A DNA stretch of 64,000 nt from an uncultured delta proteobacterium (GCA_963715335.1 CAVQRZ010000023.1:96001-160000), one strand, 5' to 3'. Positions 29,064 to 40,552 are shown, counted from the first letter of the stretch. Made by a program: numbers and translations. The notes: generated by a model from the letters alone, not told the origin.

Positions 29064-30387
29064 TCTCCTCGTATTCTGTGTTAAGAACCGGCGCAAACTC
29101 TTCATTCAAGGTGTCAAGCATGTCCCACACTCCCCATGGCTCAGCCGGAATGACTTCAACCTCGACCTGCAGGTGGTCGGCAAGGTCGCGAATGGACACA
29201 TCGTCCAGGAACACATCTTCAGCTTCACGCAGCATGACATCCGGAACCAGCAGTATCTGGCCGAGTTCTGCATTGGCCAACTGCTCAAGCAGATCCTGGC
29301 CGGTCAGAAGTCCGGCCACGGTAACATCCCCGGCAAAGAAGCGATTCTCAACCGTATGCACCCGCAGGTCAGTACCGCATTTTTCGTTCAGTAAATCAGC
29401 AAACCAGCGGAGTTCCCCGGCAGCGGACACCCCGGTCACCAGGCTGACCGGCGGCAGCTTGAGCGGTTGCGCCTCTTTGATCACTGCCTCGGCCTGCATA
29501 CGAAACATCGGGACCAGGCCGACGCCATTCTCAATCTGGGACAGTTCTTCGTAGGACTCCAGGGGAGGAAAATCCTTTGCCGCCCTGAGATAGAGTTCGT
29601 CAGCGGCGAACATAAATCGTGTGCCGAGCGTTTCCAGCAACTCGGACTGTTTCTCCCCTATCCAATCTGCCAGTTCCAGAGCTTCGCCCCTGGTGTGGAT
29701 CCTCAATTCTGGAAGACGCTGCCGGTGCCCGGTCAATCCGACCGGGACAATCGCCAGAGATTTGACTCCGGGAGCAAGGCAGGACAGTTCTTTCAAGGTC
29801 TGCTCCAGGTGAACACCATCGTTAATTCCGGGACAGACAACGACCTGGGTGTGCAACTCTATGCCTCCATTGACCAGGGTCCTGATTATCGGCATGACAT
29901 CCGGTGCAGGTTTGCCAAGCAGTTTTTGCCGCAGCGTGTTATCGACGGCATGCACTGAGATGTAGAGTGGCGAGAGCTGCTTACGCAAAATCAGCTTCAG
30001 GTCATCCTCAGTCAGGTTGGTCAGGGTGATATAGGCCCCGTAAAGATAGGAAAACCGGTAGTCTTCGTCCTTGATGTACAGGGTACGCCGCATGCCCTGC
30101 GGCAGTTGGTGGACGAAACAGAAGATACAGTTGTTCCCGCACTGTTTCGGTTCCGGATGCGGCAACAAGATGCCGAGCGGCTCCTCGCTGTCGTGCTCGA
30201 TGTCGAGTTCCCAGATTTCACCATCGACGCGTTCAACTTCGATCCACAGCTTTTCGCGAGGTTCTTCGATCAGGTAATCAACCAGGTCATTGACCTGTTC
30301 GCCGTTCAAGCGAACCAGACGGTCACCGGGCTGCAACCCCAATTCATCGGCAATACTGCCGGGCTCTATGGCAAGGATTTCAAGCAT
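29050..30387 (-). CDS. DUF512 family PDZ + Fe-S/radical-SAM-like protein
   Basis: PGSIADELGLQPGD, CGNNCIFCFVHQLP, LYIKDEDYR, QIENGVG, VTVAGLLTG. Confidence 0.88.
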   Translation of the reverse strand: MLEILAIEPGSIADELGLQPGDRLVRLNGEQVNDLVDYLIEEPREKLWIEVERVDGEIWELDIEHDSEEPLGILLPHPEPKQCGNNCIFCFVHQLPQGMRRTLYIKDEDYRFSYLYGAYITLTNLTEDDLKLILRKQLSPLYISVHAVDNTLRQKLLGKPAPDVMPIIRTLVNGGIELHTQVVVCPGINDGVHLEQTLKELSCLAPGVKSLAIVPVGLTGHRQRLPELRIHTRGEALELADWIGEKQSELLETLGTRFMFAADELYLRAAKDFPPLESYEELSQIENGVGLVPMFRMQAEAVIKEAQPLKLPPVSLVTGVSAAGELRWFADLLNEKCGTDLRVHTVENRFFAGDVTVAGLLTGQDLLEQLANAELGQILLVPDVMLREAEDVFLDDVSIRDLADHLQVEVEVIPAEPWGVWDMLDTLNEEFAPVLNTEYEENADE

Positions 30388-30439
30388 AATGCAACCTGGG
30401 CAGCGATCTACCGCCTAAGACTTAAATCTTAGCCCTCAA

Positions 30440-30484
30440 CAAAAACAAAGGCCCCAAGCCGGTATTTCCGGCAAGGGACCTTTG
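30440..30484 (-). terminator. Intrinsic terminator after hfq
   Basis: Minus strand AAAGGTCCCTTGCCGG-AAATA-CCGGCTTGGGGCCTTT followed by a T-rich tail. Confidence 0.6.
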
Positions 30485-30515
30485 GCGCATACAGTTCGAC
30501 AATTCAGGGCGAAAA

Positions 30516-30749
30516 TCAGTCCCTGCCGCCATGCAGGCGGAAGCTGCCGTCGGCTGATGTAATTGACGTGATTGCATGTTTGTAAAGCAGCAGATCACCG
30601 TTACTGTCAACCAGCACGCAGAAGCTGTCAAACGATTTGACGTAGCCTTGCATTTTCTCGCCGGACATCATGGCGATGTCGACGAGGACTCTCTCTTTGC
30701 GAGCCTGGTTAAGATATTGATCCTGAATATTGAAGGGGGACTTAGCCAT
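30516..30749 (-). CDS. hfq: RNA chaperone Hfq
   Basis: NIQDQYLNQARKER, SFDSFCVL, LLYKHAITSI; canonical position after miaA. Confidence 0.93.
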   Translation of the reverse strand: MAKSPFNIQDQYLNQARKERVLVDIAMMSGEKMQGYVKSFDSFCVLVDSNGDLLLYKHAITSITSADGSFRLHGGRD

Positions 30750-30765
30750 AACAACCACTCCTTTT

Positions 30766-31704
30766 CTAAATGACATGGAAATTTTCAATCAACTTCTGGA
30801 TTGTAGCAAAGTCACTAAATGATTCAAGCCAAATTATTGATTTATCTTTACGAAACCAGGTTATCTGTTGTTTTGCGTAACGCCGTGTCGAGCGTTTCAG
30901 GTCTTCTACAGCTTCTTCATGAGACATTTCGCCGCGCAGCAACGCAAAGGCCTGCCGATAACCGATGGTTTTGAAGATTTTCAGACCAGGATCATATCCG
31001 CTCTGCAGAATCTGCTCAGCCTCTCCAAGCAGGCCCTGCTGGAACATCGCCTCGGACCGCCGGTCGATCCGTTCATAAAGGGCTTTCCGCTCACAGGCCA
31101 GGCCAATCTTCAGGACACGGTAACGCTCGGTCTTGAATCCGTGCTCATCCTGCAACTCGGAGAGGGGGCGGCCGGACTGGCGAAAAACTTCCAGGGCACG
31201 AACGATTCTGATCAGGTCGTTGGGATGCAAACGGGCCGCTGATTCCGGGTCAATCTCTGCGAGCTCTGCATGCAGGGGCGCACTGCCCTCCCGTTTTGCC
31301 CGGTCATGTAAATGCTTGCGCAGGTCCGGATTGGCGCCCGGGGCATCGAGCAGACCTTCCGTCAATGCCTTGATATAGAGACCGGTTCCGCCAACCAGAA
31401 AAGGCCGTTTGTTGCGCTGGCAGATGTCCTGCATGGCTGCCTCGGCAAGGGTGATAAACCGCGCGGCATGGAACTCCTCGTTGGGCCAAACCACGTCAAT
31501 CAGGTGATGCCGAACCCGCAGCTTTTCCTCTGGCGTCGGCTTGGCTGTGCCGATATCCAACAGGCGATAAACCTGGCGGGAGTCCGCGGAGATGATCTCA
31601 CCACCGAAGACCTCGGCAAGCGCCAGGGCCAGCTCCGTCTTGCCAGCTGCAGTCGGGCCGCAGATGACCGTCAGAGGGGAACGCATGTCTGTCGTATCCG
31701 GCAC
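30766..31704 (-). CDS. miaA: tRNA dimethylallyltransferase
   Basis: GPTAAGKT, SADSRQVY, DIGTAKP, VGGTGLY, YAKQQITWF. Confidence 0.97.
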   Translation of the reverse strand: MPDTTDMRSPLTVICGPTAAGKTELALALAEVFGGEIISADSRQVYRLLDIGTAKPTPEEKLRVRHHLIDVVWPNEEFHAARFITLAEAAMQDICQRNKRPFLVGGTGLYIKALTEGLLDAPGANPDLRKHLHDRAKREGSAPLHAELAEIDPESAARLHPNDLIRIVRALEVFRQSGRPLSELQDEHGFKTERYRVLKIGLACERKALYERIDRRSEAMFQQGLLGEAEQILQSGYDPGLKIFKTIGYRQAFALLRGEMSHEEAVEDLKRSTRRYAKQQITWFRKDKSIIWLESFSDFATIQKLIENFHVI

Positions 31705-31706
31705 AG

Positions 31707-33500
31707 TCAGCCCCTGTGAAAAAACTTCTCAACTTCACGTTTCGACAGACGGTGCGTAACGGGTCGACCATGAGGACAACAACTGCCAAAATCTATTTCG
31801 GCAAGATCTTTCAACAGCTGCTGCATCTCACTTGACGAGAGAGCCTGGTTGGCTCGCACCATACTGTGACAGGCCAGAACGGAGAGAACCCGTTCGATCT
31901 CGTCATCGAGTTTTCCGGCCCGCCCAATCACGTTGAGTTCTGCAGCAAGGTCGCGGACCAGTCGTTCGGCATCGACATCGGCGGCCAATGCCGGGACAGC
32001 CTTGACCGTGAAAGAACGGCCTCCGAAAGCTTCCACTTCGAACCCGAAGCGTGCAAAGTCATCGAGATGTTCGGCCATGACGGCGGCCTCACGATGTTCA
32101 AGTTCGATAACAACCGGGAAGAGCAGGTTCTGGCTTTCGATGCCGTCCGCCGCCAGTTGACTGCGCAAACGCTCGAAGCCTATACGCTCGTGGGCGGCAT
32201 GCTGGTCGATCAGGACCAGTTCATCGCCAGCCTGGCAAAGCAGATAGCTGTTGAGATATTGCCCTATCAGCCGCCAGCCATCGGGCATTGCAGGTGATTC
32301 GGATGACCATCCGGAGATTTCTCCTTTGACAGTAGAAATGGCCGAGATTATCGGTGTTCTGGCAACCTTCTCGTTGAATGCAGTCAGCGACTCCTGGATG
32401 CGTACAGGGTATTGGCCGAAGCCCGGACCTGGTGGCGATGCCGGCAACGGGGGCCTTTCGTAAGGCGTTACGCTGAAGGGTGCCGCAGGCGCAAAGGCCC
32501 CTTCATGCAACCTTTCCCGAAGCGCTGAGGTTATGAAATCGTGGACTTGTTGCTGGTTGCGGAAACGCACTTCGTGCTTGGTCGGATGAACGTTGACGTC
32601 CACAGTCTCCGGTGGCATGTCGATAAAGAGCACGGCAATTGGATAACGGCGCTTCTCAAGCAAAGTTCGGTATGCTTCCAGAATCGCATGCTGGACGACC
32701 CGGTCACGAACGAAACGGCCGTTGATGTAAGTATAAATCTGTGCTGTCGAGGAGCGGCTGACTCCCGGTGCGCCGAGCAGGCCGACCAGCATCTCACCGT
32801 TGCCGGAGTCGGCATCCACAGGGAGCAGGTCTCCGGCAAGGTTGCGCCCGAGCAGAACGGCGACCCGTTCCTCAAGACGGCCGTGCCGATAGGCGTCCAG
32901 GACGTTACGCCCGTTGTGCGACAGCCGAAAGTGAATATCGGAACGTGACAGCGCCAGGCGGGACACGACATCGGCTATGTGACCGAATTCGGTTTCATCT
33001 TTGCGCAGGAACTTGCGTCGCGCCGGTGTGTTGAAAAAGAGGTTGCGCACCTCGACAATCGTTCCTGGAGCGGAGCCAACGGCCTCAGCCTGGCGAATCG
33101 TGCCGCCCTCGGCATAGATCTGCCAACCTGATTCATCGTCGACCGAGCGGGTCGTCATTCTCAGTCTGGAGACGGAAGCTATGGCAGGCAGAGCTTCACC
33201 ACGAAACCCCATGGTGTGCAAAGCAAAAAGATCGTCTGCATTTTTGATCTTGCTGGTGGCATGTCTTTCAAGCGAGAGGAAGGCATCATCCTTCTTCATG
33301 CCGTAGCCATTGTCAGCAACCCGGACCATACTCTTCCCGCCTTTTTCAATGTCAACGAAAACTTCAGTCGCCGAGGCATCGATCGCATTTTCGATCAATT
33401 CCTTGACCACGGAAGCCGGGCGCTCGACAACTTCACCGGCGGCGATCTGGTTGGCAAGGTTTTCCGGGAGGATTTGGATTCGGTTGTTCATAGGCTTCAA
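31707..33500 (-). CDS. mutL: DNA mismatch repair protein MutL
   Basis: NQIAAGEVVERP, GFRGEAL, DVNVHPTK, DQHAAHER endonuclease motif, CPHGRP. Confidence 0.98.
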   Translation of the reverse strand: MKPMNNRIQILPENLANQIAAGEVVERPASVVKELIENAIDASATEVFVDIEKGGKSMVRVADNGYGMKKDDAFLSLERHATSKIKNADDLFALHTMGFRGEALPAIASVSRLRMTTRSVDDESGWQIYAEGGTIRQAEAVGSAPGTIVEVRNLFFNTPARRKFLRKDETEFGHIADVVSRLALSRSDIHFRLSHNGRNVLDAYRHGRLEERVAVLLGRNLAGDLLPVDADSGNGEMLVGLLGAPGVSRSSTAQIYTYINGRFVRDRVVQHAILEAYRTLLEKRRYPIAVLFIDMPPETVDVNVHPTKHEVRFRNQQQVHDFITSALRERLHEGAFAPAAPFSVTPYERPPLPASPPGPGFGQYPVRIQESLTAFNEKVARTPIISAISTVKGEISGWSSESPAMPDGWRLIGQYLNSYLLCQAGDELVLIDQHAAHERIGFERLRSQLAADGIESQNLLFPVVIELEHREAAVMAEHLDDFARFGFEVEAFGGRSFTVKAVPALAADVDAERLVRDLAAELNVIGRAGKLDDEIERVLSVLACHSMVRANQALSSSEMQQLLKDLAEIDFGSCCPHGRPVTHRLSKREVEKFFHRG

Positions 33501-33650
33501 AAGGTAAAAATTCGATTTTACTTGGTGTCTTGGTGTCTTTGTGGCAACAAATCTGCTACCACAGTCTTACATGCTAACAGAGGAAACTATTAAAGGTCAG
33601 CTTTCCGCCAAAAAAAACGGCCGGTCATACCGGCCATCTGTTGCCTGAAA

Positions 33651-34553
33651 TCATTTTTTCAGTTCCAGCTTGTCGAGCATGCTGTCGATTTCATCCAGTT
33701 CATCTTTGATTTTATCCCGGGGTGAGACGACGATCGATTGCTGCAGTAAACCGAGGTCGCCGGCCACGCTATGCGCTATGCGGTTGTCGATCATTTTCAT
33801 TTTGCACAAGTAGGCTTCAAATAGACAGTTATCGCTGATCGTATTGACCAGGCGCGGGACACCGCCAGCATAACGATGGATCAAGGGGATCACTTCATCA
33901 CCAAACAGTACCTGTCCGGCTCCGGCAATCTGCAGGCGGTGCTTGATATAGGAGGTCGTCGTGTCGACAGTCATTGACTTGAGGGTATACTTGACGGCAA
34001 CCCTCTGTGCCAAAGGTTCATCCAGGGCCAGGCAGTCTTCAAGTTCCGGCAGGCCGAAAAACACGATATTGAGAAGTTTTTTGCCCGGCACCTCGAGATT
34101 CAGAAGGCCGCGGAATTCTTCCATGAGTTCACGGCTCTGCAGCATTTGTGCTTCATCAATTAACACCACGGCACGCCTCCCCTCAGCCTCGATTTCCAAA
34201 AGCCTGGCATAGAGCTGTTTGAGGAGCTTGAGACGATCACCGGCTGGATCCCTGACCCCGAGCTGCAGGGCGATCCTGGTAAGGATCCACTCCGGGGTAA
34301 TGCCTGAATGAACCATCACCAGAAGCGAGGACTCGTAATGCTTTTCCGGCAGGTTGTCGAGCATGCGACGGGCCAGAGTCGTCTTCCCCGTTCCGACATC
34401 ACCGACCAGTACGGCCAACCCTTTGTTTGAATCAACGGCGTACATCAGCCGGATCAACGCCTGGCTGTGCTGGTCGCTGTTGTAATAAAAACGGGCGTCA
34501 GGCGCATTGGAGAAAGGTTCGCGCTCGAGTCCGTAATGTTCAAGGTAACTCAT
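33651..34553 (-). CDS. ExeA/MshM-family AAA ATPase
   Basis: YLEHYGLEREPFS, GDVGTGKTT, IDEAQ, GVPRLVN. Confidence 0.88.
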   Translation of the reverse strand: MSYLEHYGLEREPFSNAPDARFYYNSDQHSQALIRLMYAVDSNKGLAVLVGDVGTGKTTLARRMLDNLPEKHYESSLLVMVHSGITPEWILTRIALQLGVRDPAGDRLKLLKQLYARLLEIEAEGRRAVVLIDEAQMLQSRELMEEFRGLLNLEVPGKKLLNIVFFGLPELEDCLALDEPLAQRVAVKYTLKSMTVDTTTSYIKHRLQIAGAGQVLFGDEVIPLIHRYAGGVPRLVNTISDNCLFEAYLCKMKMIDNRIAHSVAGDLGLLQQSIVVSPRDKIKDELDEIDSMLDKLELKK

Positions 34554-34574
34554 AAACTGTCCATAAAGCTCTGG

Positions 34575-37114
34575 TTAGACATAAGACACGCGGTCACGGT
34601 CGCCCTGAGGACCGTCGTCATCGGATTCACCAAGACCCAGCTCACGACGCAGGTTTTTGATCAGCTCAGAAACGTTGCGGAAGAACGAATCCCTTTCAGC
34701 CACTAGCTGGAAAGCTTCCAGGGCCTCGAGAAGCTGACCATTCATCTGGTAAAGCATGCCGAGTTCAAAATTCAAGGTCATGCGGCCCTCATCACTCAGG
34801 TTATCCAAGGCCAGGCCTTGTTTGAAGATCTCCATGGCCAACTCGGTTGCACCGGATTCACTGTGGCATTGGCCGATCAAGGTTACGCAGTCGATTGCAC
34901 GAGACGGGTCATGGGAGGCTTTTTCAAACTCCGCTATGGCATCATCATAAAGACCCATTTCCTTGTAGGCAATGCCCAGGTTGAAGTGTGATTCCGTGTC
35001 TGCCGAATCGAGTTCCGAGACCGTGTTCTGAGTCAGTTCTTCATCAACCTTGCTGTCAGCACCGAAAGAATCGAGGAGATCGGTCGCGGCAAACAGATCA
35101 TCATCCCGGAGGTCTGTCATAAGATCTACGAAATCAACGTGTTCGGACACTTCTTCAGCAGTTTGCAGCCTTTGGTTGATCTCACCCATCATGGCGTGCA
35201 GTTCCGGAAGATCAGGGCAGTACTCCAACAGGGTCTGAACGACTCTTGTGGCATCCTCATAGAGTCCCTGCTGCAGGTAGAACTCAGCTTCTTCGAGCTC
35301 TGCTCCAACATTGAGAGAGGCAGCAAAACTCGATCTGTTGCCAGTTACTGCGGCGACTGCAGGAGCCGCTTCGTCGAAATCTTCGAGTTCATGAAGTTCT
35401 TCGAACTCCTCGAGTTCTTCAAGGTCTTCCACTTCATCGAGTTCTTCCAGCTCCTCGAGATCGTCCGGTCCATCGAGTGCCTCCAGGCCCTGTAGCTCTG
35501 CCAGCTCATCCGTTTCAACCGGCTCGTCAGTGCCAGTGTCGTCCAGATAAAGGCCTGCATCGAGGGCGGGGCCACGTTCGGATTCAAGGCGATGTTCTGC
35601 CCCGACGTCCACCAGGAGAACTGCGTCAACCCCGGTTTCCTTACTTTCACCAACGGTTTCTTCAGTATCGGACCCTGCCTGTCTCCCGCCGCCGAGTCAT
35701 CAGCAAAATCATCGTCGAAATCGAGGGACAGGTCGCCCATATCGTCAAAGTCGATTTCCACTTCTACTTCCACTTCGACATCAGCATCGGCAGCCGGAAC
35801 AGTTTCAGACTCCATCTGAGGCGGCCCAGGAGAATCCTTGACTGCGTCATCGACTCCAGCGAACGGTGCTTCAAGGTCAAGATCGAGCAGGATGTCTGCG
35901 GCCGCGACCTTCTCTGCCGGGAGGCCTTGTTCCTGCATTTCAGTACTGAGTGACGGCACTTTGAGATCGGGGGAAGCTTCCTCGCCAATCATGTCCAGCT
36001 CTTCTACATCATCGATCGCTCCGTCGAGGACGGCATCATCGGCCGTCTCCTCGGGAAGATCAGAAGAGGCATAAGATCTGTCCAGGTCATCGAACTTCGA
36101 CTTATCACCAACCGCCTCGTAGATGGCAGAAAGCGTATCGGCAACAACCGCATCATCGGCTAAAGACTCTTTCAGCTCTTCGTAAAAGCCCTTGAGAGCC
36201 GCGACGCGACCTGCCCGTAAAAACGCGTTTTTCCAGCTTTCGAGGCGGTCGCGGGCACGCTCGAACTCACCGAAATCGATACAAACCCTGACATAATATT
36301 CACGGAGATCGAGATCCCCCTGGTTAATTTTCAAGAGATGTTTGAGGGTGAGTCGGGCGTTGGCAAAATCCCGGCTGGCAACGTAAGCTTCAGCCAGGCA
36401 CCGATTTACCTCCTGGTCTTCAGGGGCTTGTTTGAGCAGCTCCTTGAGAAGCGATATGGCCTTCTCAACCAAACCATTGCCAACCAATGCGGCAGCCAGC
36501 GGTAGACGCGACGGCCCATCTTCCGGGCAAATGTCCAGAAAGCGGTCGTAGAGCTTTATAACCTTTGCATGCTCACCCTTGGCGGACAGGGAGGCAATAA
36601 GCTCATGAAACCGCTCCAAAGCCTGGTCGTTCTGACCGGTGATCATGTAACATTCTGCAACCTTGGCCAGAACGTTGAGATTGCCCGGATCCAGTTCGGC
36701 CATCTTCTCCAGAACTTTGAGGGCTTCATGGTGCATCTTGTTCTTGTCATAGAACGAGATCAGGTTGCGATACTCGGTCAGGGCGTTGCCAACCAGCCCC
36801 TGTTTTTCATTGAGTTCTGCGAGACGATGGTAGAGATCGACGCGTGACGAATCGATCTTCTGCATCTGTTTGTAGACCGCAATCGCCTTGAGGTAGAAGC
36901 CCGTTTCCGTGTAGTGCTTGGCAACGACTTCGTATTCCTTCAATGCATCCTCGGTGCGATTATCACGACTGAGAAGTTCGGCAAACTTCTGCCGATTGCG
37001 CACATCCTTGGGAAAAGCGCCGACCAGTTTCTGGTACTCACCGATCGCTTTCGGCAGCTGCCCTTTTGCAAGGAATTTCTGTGCGCTTTCGAGGAGTTTG
37101 TCTTTACTTGCCAA
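34575..37114 (-). pseudogene. Large TPR protein with acidic linker, split by an apparent frameshift near 35680
   Basis: N-terminal TPRs (KDKLLESAQKFLAKGQ...) and C-terminal EEAEFYLQQG / ESHFNLGIAYKEMGL lie in different frames. The acidic linker continues across the junction in the downstream frame. Confidence 0.7.
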
Positions 37115-37241
37115 TGGATTCCCCTAACGGGTTAATAGCAAAAGATTTAAATGTGTACTTTATATGAATAAACTTGAATGTGTCAAGCAAACAAACCTGC
37201 GCGAAGTGATGAGTTTTACTTAAAAAACAGCTAAGTAGACA

Positions 37242-38642
37242 TTATTTGCAAGTCAGCACCTTAAAGCTCAGCCTTGCCATGATCGATGCATACTCTTCCG
37301 CTTTCTCTGCGTAATTCTGTCGCCCCATCAACGCGTAGGTAAAGTGTTTGCCCTCCTCCACCCCGGGCTGGTCCAGCGAATTGACGTCAAACAGGTAACC
37401 GGCAAAAAGGGTCTGCACTTCAAACATGTAGAGCAGAGCGCCAACCGTCTCTGCAGTAACCTCGGGGATAGTGATCGTGCAGTTCGAGCGCTGGTTTTTG
37501 ACCAGCGCCGCTGCGGTTGCCTGCTGTTCGACACGCAACAGCTCCCCCATGCTGTGTCCCGCCAGGTACAACATCTGCGGTGACGACGGATACTCAGGAA
37601 AAGGCAGGTTCTGACCAAAGCTCTCGACACCGATGAAGGTGACAACCTTATCGAAAGGCCCTTCGACGTAAAGTTGCACCTGCGAGTGCTGGTCCGTGGT
37701 GCCAAGGGCGTTCACAGGAGTCGGTCCGGTGTGAATCACGGTTCCGTCCATCGCGAATTTCTTGCCGAGACTTTCTGCCCAGAGCTGGCGAAACCAGTCA
37801 GCGATGTCTCGCAGGCGATCGCTGTAGGGCATAAGCACGGAAATGCCCAGACCTTTCCGGTACGCCAGATACTGCAGTGCGGCATTAAGATAGGCCGGGT
37901 TTTTCTGCAAGTCTTCGGCACAGACATGACGTGAAAATTCAGCCGCTCCCTTGAGCAGTCCGACGATATCGACACCAACGCACGCCAACGGCAGCAGGCC
38001 GACCGGGGTGAAGACACTGAAGCGGCCACCAACACCGGCCGGGATGGCAAAGCTGCGATACCCTTCCCGTGCCGCAAGCTCGCGCAAGGCACCGTGCTGC
38101 GGATCGGTAATCATGACAAAATGATCACGGAATGAGTCACCAACCGCCGCCTCGATCCACTCTCGCGCAACCAGAAACTGGCCGGTCGTCTCTACCGTAG
38201 ACCCCGACTTGCTGATCACCAGGAAACAGGTGCGAACCGGGTTACAGAGGGAAAGGCTGGTGGCAAAACCATCGGGGTCAACATTGTCGAGAACGAACAG
38301 ACGCGGCAAGCCGTTGCGTTCGGTTTTGCTCCGCAGGTTGTGACCGGGACACAAAGCGTTGAAAATTGCTGAGGTACCAAGGGCAGACCCACCGATACCA
38401 AGCACGACCAGGTCATCAAAATCGCTCTGCACCTGCTGGGCAAAACCCAAAATTTCCGCTACCGATTCAGCCTGGTACGGCAAATCATAAAATGGCAGCT
38501 CACCATTTTTGCGACGCGACTGGATCTGCTGGTGGTACTCTTTCGCCTTTGCCGCCAGGGTGGTTATCTCTTCGTCAGCGATGCCATACTCAGGACCTAT
38601 GGCGCCCACCATCATATTGGTGTAATCAAGGGTAATTGTCAT
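37242..38642 (-). CDS. pgi: Glucose-6-phosphate isomerase
   Basis: GIGGSALG, ISKSGST, VGGRFS, QLWAESLGK, DQHSQVQ, DQPGVE. Confidence 0.96.
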   Translation of the reverse strand: MTITLDYTNMMVGAIGPEYGIADEEITTLAAKAKEYHQQIQSRRKNGELPFYDLPYQAESVAEILGFAQQVQSDFDDLVVLGIGGSALGTSAIFNALCPGHNLRSKTERNGLPRLFVLDNVDPDGFATSLSLCNPVRTCFLVISKSGSTVETTGQFLVAREWIEAAVGDSFRDHFVMITDPQHGALRELAAREGYRSFAIPAGVGGRFSVFTPVGLLPLACVGVDIVGLLKGAAEFSRHVCAEDLQKNPAYLNAALQYLAYRKGLGISVLMPYSDRLRDIADWFRQLWAESLGKKFAMDGTVIHTGPTPVNALGTTDQHSQVQLYVEGPFDKVVTFIGVESFGQNLPFPEYPSSPQMLYLAGHSMGELLRVEQQATAAALVKNQRSNCTITIPEVTAETVGALLYMFEVQTLFAGYLFDVNSLDQPGVEEGKHFTYALMGRQNYAEKAEEYASIMARLSFKVLTCK

Positions 38643-38684
38643 ATTTCACTCCAGTTGCTTCTGTAAATACAGGGGGAATCAGGG

Positions 38685-39404
38685 TTATCTCCGATCGAGG
38701 TTCTTCAATCGGTTCACTTCCGATTTTGTCAGAATTCGCGTCTGTCCGGGGGCCAGGTCTCCAAGAGTCAAAAAGGCGTAACCGATACGGACCAGTCGGC
38801 TGACCTGGTAACCCAGGGCTTCGCACATGCGTCTGACCTGGCGGTTGCGACCCTCATGAATACACAACTCGAGCCAGGTGTGGCCGCCGCGCGTACGCAC
38901 CTTCTCGACCCGGGCAGGGGCAGTTATACCGTCATCCAGCAAAACACCTTGTGCAAGTTTGATTTTCACCTCGTCAGTCAACTGGCCACGGATCTTTACC
39001 AGGTAACGCTTATCTATTTGGTGACTCGGATGTGCCAGGCGATTGGCAAGATCGCCGTCGTTGGTCATTAACAAGAGTCCGGAGGTATTGATATCCAGTC
39101 GCCCGACAGGGAAAAGACGAACAGGCTGGTCCCGCACCAGGTCTGTGACAACGCGGCGTCCGTCAGGGTCATTCAGTGTCGTCACGACTCCAAGGGGTTT
39201 GTTAAGGAGAAGATAGGTCAGCTCTTCGGCAGCTCTGACAGGCTTGTCGTCAATCAGGACCTGACAGCTCTCCACGTCCGCCTGGTCGCCCAGTTTGGCA
39301 ACCTGACCATTGACGCGGACCCTTCCCGCGGCAATCAGTTCTTCAGCGCGACGCCGTGAGCAGTAACCGGCGGCGGCAATTATTTTCTGCAGGCGTTGCT
39401 GCAT
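38685..39404 (-). CDS. rluB: rRNA pseudouridine synthase (RluB/RsuA family)
   Basis: S4 domain RLQKIIAAAG-SRR, PVGRLD, EGRNRQVRRM. Confidence 0.88.
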   Translation of the reverse strand: MQQRLQKIIAAAGYCSRRRAEELIAAGRVRVNGQVAKLGDQADVESCQVLIDDKPVRAAEELTYLLLNKPLGVVTTLNDPDGRRVVTDLVRDQPVRLFPVGRLDINTSGLLLMTNDGDLANRLAHPSHQIDKRYLVKIRGQLTDEVKIKLAQGVLLDDGITAPARVEKVRTRGGHTWLELCIHEGRNRQVRRMCEALGYQVSRLVRIGYAFLTLGDLAPGQTRILTKSEVNRLKNLDRR

Positions 39405-39458
39405 AATCAGATCTAAGGAACGCCCCTGTTGATCACAGACCGCAGAAAAATCTGCGGA

Positions 39459-40427
39459 TCAATGGGTTATGGCGGCAAAAAGCAATCGGTGCAGAATCTC
39501 CGAAAGCTCCGTATTGTCCGTGCCTTTGGCATACATGGCCGTCAGGTCCGAGAAGACTCCACAGTAATGATTGACCAGACGGGGCTTATCTGTAGCAAGG
39601 TTGAAGACCAGCTTTGCCTGACCTTCCTGGTGCAGGGTTGCAAGCTCTTTGGCGTGATCCAGTTCGACGAGGCCGTCTTCGTAACGCAGGTGAGTTGTCT
39701 TATAGTTTTTTCCGAGTGTCCAGTTGGTATCGACCATTCCGTAGCAGCTCCGGCCCTGCTCGGCGAACTTGTAAATTCCAAGGCCCTGGACCTGGGCGCA
39801 ACCCAGAGACTGGATAACCGTCATACGGCCATTAACCAGTTTCATTGATGCCGCGTCGATAAGACGTGACAGAGCACTGAGGCCGCTGACACCACTGTCC
39901 GTCCAGGCGCCTGCCTTGCCGACTGCACCGAGGGTCAGTTTGCCATCAATGTAATAGGGGTCAGCAAAGCAGGTATTGAAGCCGAGCAATTCACCAAGAT
40001 CGAAATTGCGTGATTCCCGCTGCTCGCGCCACCAGTCGACTTCGCGCCCGTAGGCCGGATGAAAAGCTGTATAAAGGGGTAATTTACGGGTCCGGGCGGC
40101 CGTTATCAGGGCATCCATTTCCGACTGGCTGGTACAAAGTGGTTTTTCCACAATCGCAATCCTGTCGGACTCGATGACCCGCATTGCCACTTCGAAATGG
40201 GAATATGTGGGCGTGGAAACAAGGAAGGCGTCCGCTTTCGACTTTTGCAGCATTTTCTCCAGGTTTTCGTAGAACTGCACACTCCCCGGGAGCTCTTCGG
40301 CCTTATTGGGATCAAGGTCATGGGCATCCACCAGTTTGATCCCTGGAGTATGGGTAATGGCCTGCATCTGGTAGTTGGCGATCTTACCGATTCCGATCAG
40401 TGCAATCTGCATAGAATCTCGCTCCAT
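39459..40427 (-). CDS. Gfo/Idh/MocA-family oxidoreductase
   Basis: IALIGIGKIA Rossmann motif, STPTYSH, VEKP. Confidence 0.85.
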   Translation of the reverse strand: MERDSMQIALIGIGKIANYQMQAITHTPGIKLVDAHDLDPNKAEELPGSVQFYENLEKMLQKSKADAFLVSTPTYSHFEVAMRVIESDRIAIVEKPLCTSQSEMDALITAARTRKLPLYTAFHPAYGREVDWWREQRESRNFDLGELLGFNTCFADPYYIDGKLTLGAVGKAGAWTDSGVSGLSALSRLIDAASMKLVNGRMTVIQSLGCAQVQGLGIYKFAEQGRSCYGMVDTNWTLGKNYKTTHLRYEDGLVELDHAKELATLHQEGQAKLVFNLATDKPRLVNHYCGVFSDLTAMYAKGTDNTELSEILHRLLFAAITH

Positions 40428-40552
40428 CCATTGATGATTTCAGTTTTCATTAACAAGTTTGTTGATCAAGTGAAGCATATTTCACGAAGTTTTTCACTGA
40501 AAAACATTACCGGGGGCCCGACACGGATCACGACTTACGATTTCGTGCTTAT

